Source: Candidatus Bathyarchaeota archaeon
GTDB taxonomy: Archaea; Thermoproteota; Bathyarchaeia; Bathyarchaeales; Bathycorpusculaceae
Length of the DNA stretch: 64,000 bases
Assembly (NCBI GenBank): GCA_963775685.1
Contig: CAVZJV010000014.1
Location: forward strand, 320,001 to 384,000
Reading direction: 5' to 3'
Below the pieces are notes generated by a model. That model saw only the letters and a program-made list of their open reading frames with translations. It did not search any database and was not told the DNA's origin. The position numbers and the translations under genes were made by a program. Below are positions 63,386-64,000 of the stretch, piece after piece; within the stretch, counting starts at the first letter, position 1; every line of letters starts with the position of its first letter.

Positions 63386-64000
63386 ATGAGCAACCAAGTA
63401 CTCAAAATGTCCGATAAACGCCAGCTTGGATACGCAGTGGAAGGCGAAGGCAAACCAGTTATCTACTTTCACGGCACCCAAGTAGTAGATTGGAAATTCT
63501 TCTCTTAAAAGACTTCGCCCATGCCAATACAATCCAACTGATTGGCATAGATCGACCCGGATATGGCTTATCAACTTTTACATCCAGAATCGGACTACAA
63601 GAGTTTGCCAAGGACGTCAAGGTGCTGACGGATTACTTGAAGCTGAACAATTTCGCAATTTTGAGTTGGTCAGGCGGTGGACCTTTCGCCTTGGCTTATT
63701 TTGCGCTATTCCCCAAACAGGTAACTCGTGGAGTTGTTGTGGGCTCACCTGCTTTGCCTTTCGATGCCTCACAGGCACACAACGGTAATCTACTCGCAAA
63801 AGTCGCCATGAAAAATGGCTTCCTTGCATTGTTGGGACTTAGGTTCTTCCGAAAATCAATTCTCCAAGCAAATCAAGACATTAATCGGTACCTGAAGTCC
63901 AAAGGTGGCAAAAACATGGTTACGGATTGGCCTAAACCCTATAGAAAATTCTTTGCAAATGAAGATTGGTTAAAAGGAATGTATAGCGCCATGGCGGAGG
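63386..64000 (+). CDS. Alpha/beta hydrolase, frameshifted, runs off the window
   Basis: RQLGYA..PVIYFHG, IDRPGYG, SWSGGG nucleophile elbow. Confidence 0.8.

Noticed and set aside
1-64000. CRISPR array, tRNA or rRNA genes
   Set aside because: No regularly spaced repeats or cloverleaf/T-loop signatures recognised by eye; intron-containing tRNAs could be missed.

Overview
Archaeal, AT-rich genomic window. A TACK / Bathyarchaeia-like origin is inferred from gene content: short L13e, L15e, RNase P proteins, TiaS, archaeal AlaS and stand-alone Lrp ligand domains. Intact housekeeping genes (dapB, rnp2/rnp3/rpl13e/rpl15e, pyrG, tiaS, alaS) alternate with accessory regions rich in frameshifts. Two tyrosine-integrase elements are present. 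Element 1 (~13.9-25 kb) is provirus-like, with an AAA+ replication ATPase, tail-fibre-like genes and an ~85-bp direct repeat. Element 2 (~51.8-57.8 kb) is a ~6-kb rolling-circle (HUH Rep) element with a PD-(D/E)xK nuclease cargo. The most striking observation is that element 2 appears integrated at the 5' end of an unannotated box C/D guide sRNA (57827-57889). That sRNA's D' guide predicts 2'-O-methylation of 23S P-loop G2251, a degenerate copy of its 5' half lies at the other end (51840-51870), and the guide sequence also forms the element's terminal inverted arms. A probable eL15 ribosomal leader RNA and several operator-like repeats were also seen. No tRNA, rRNA or CRISPR array was recognised. 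All assignments come from reading motifs by eye; no database searches were run.
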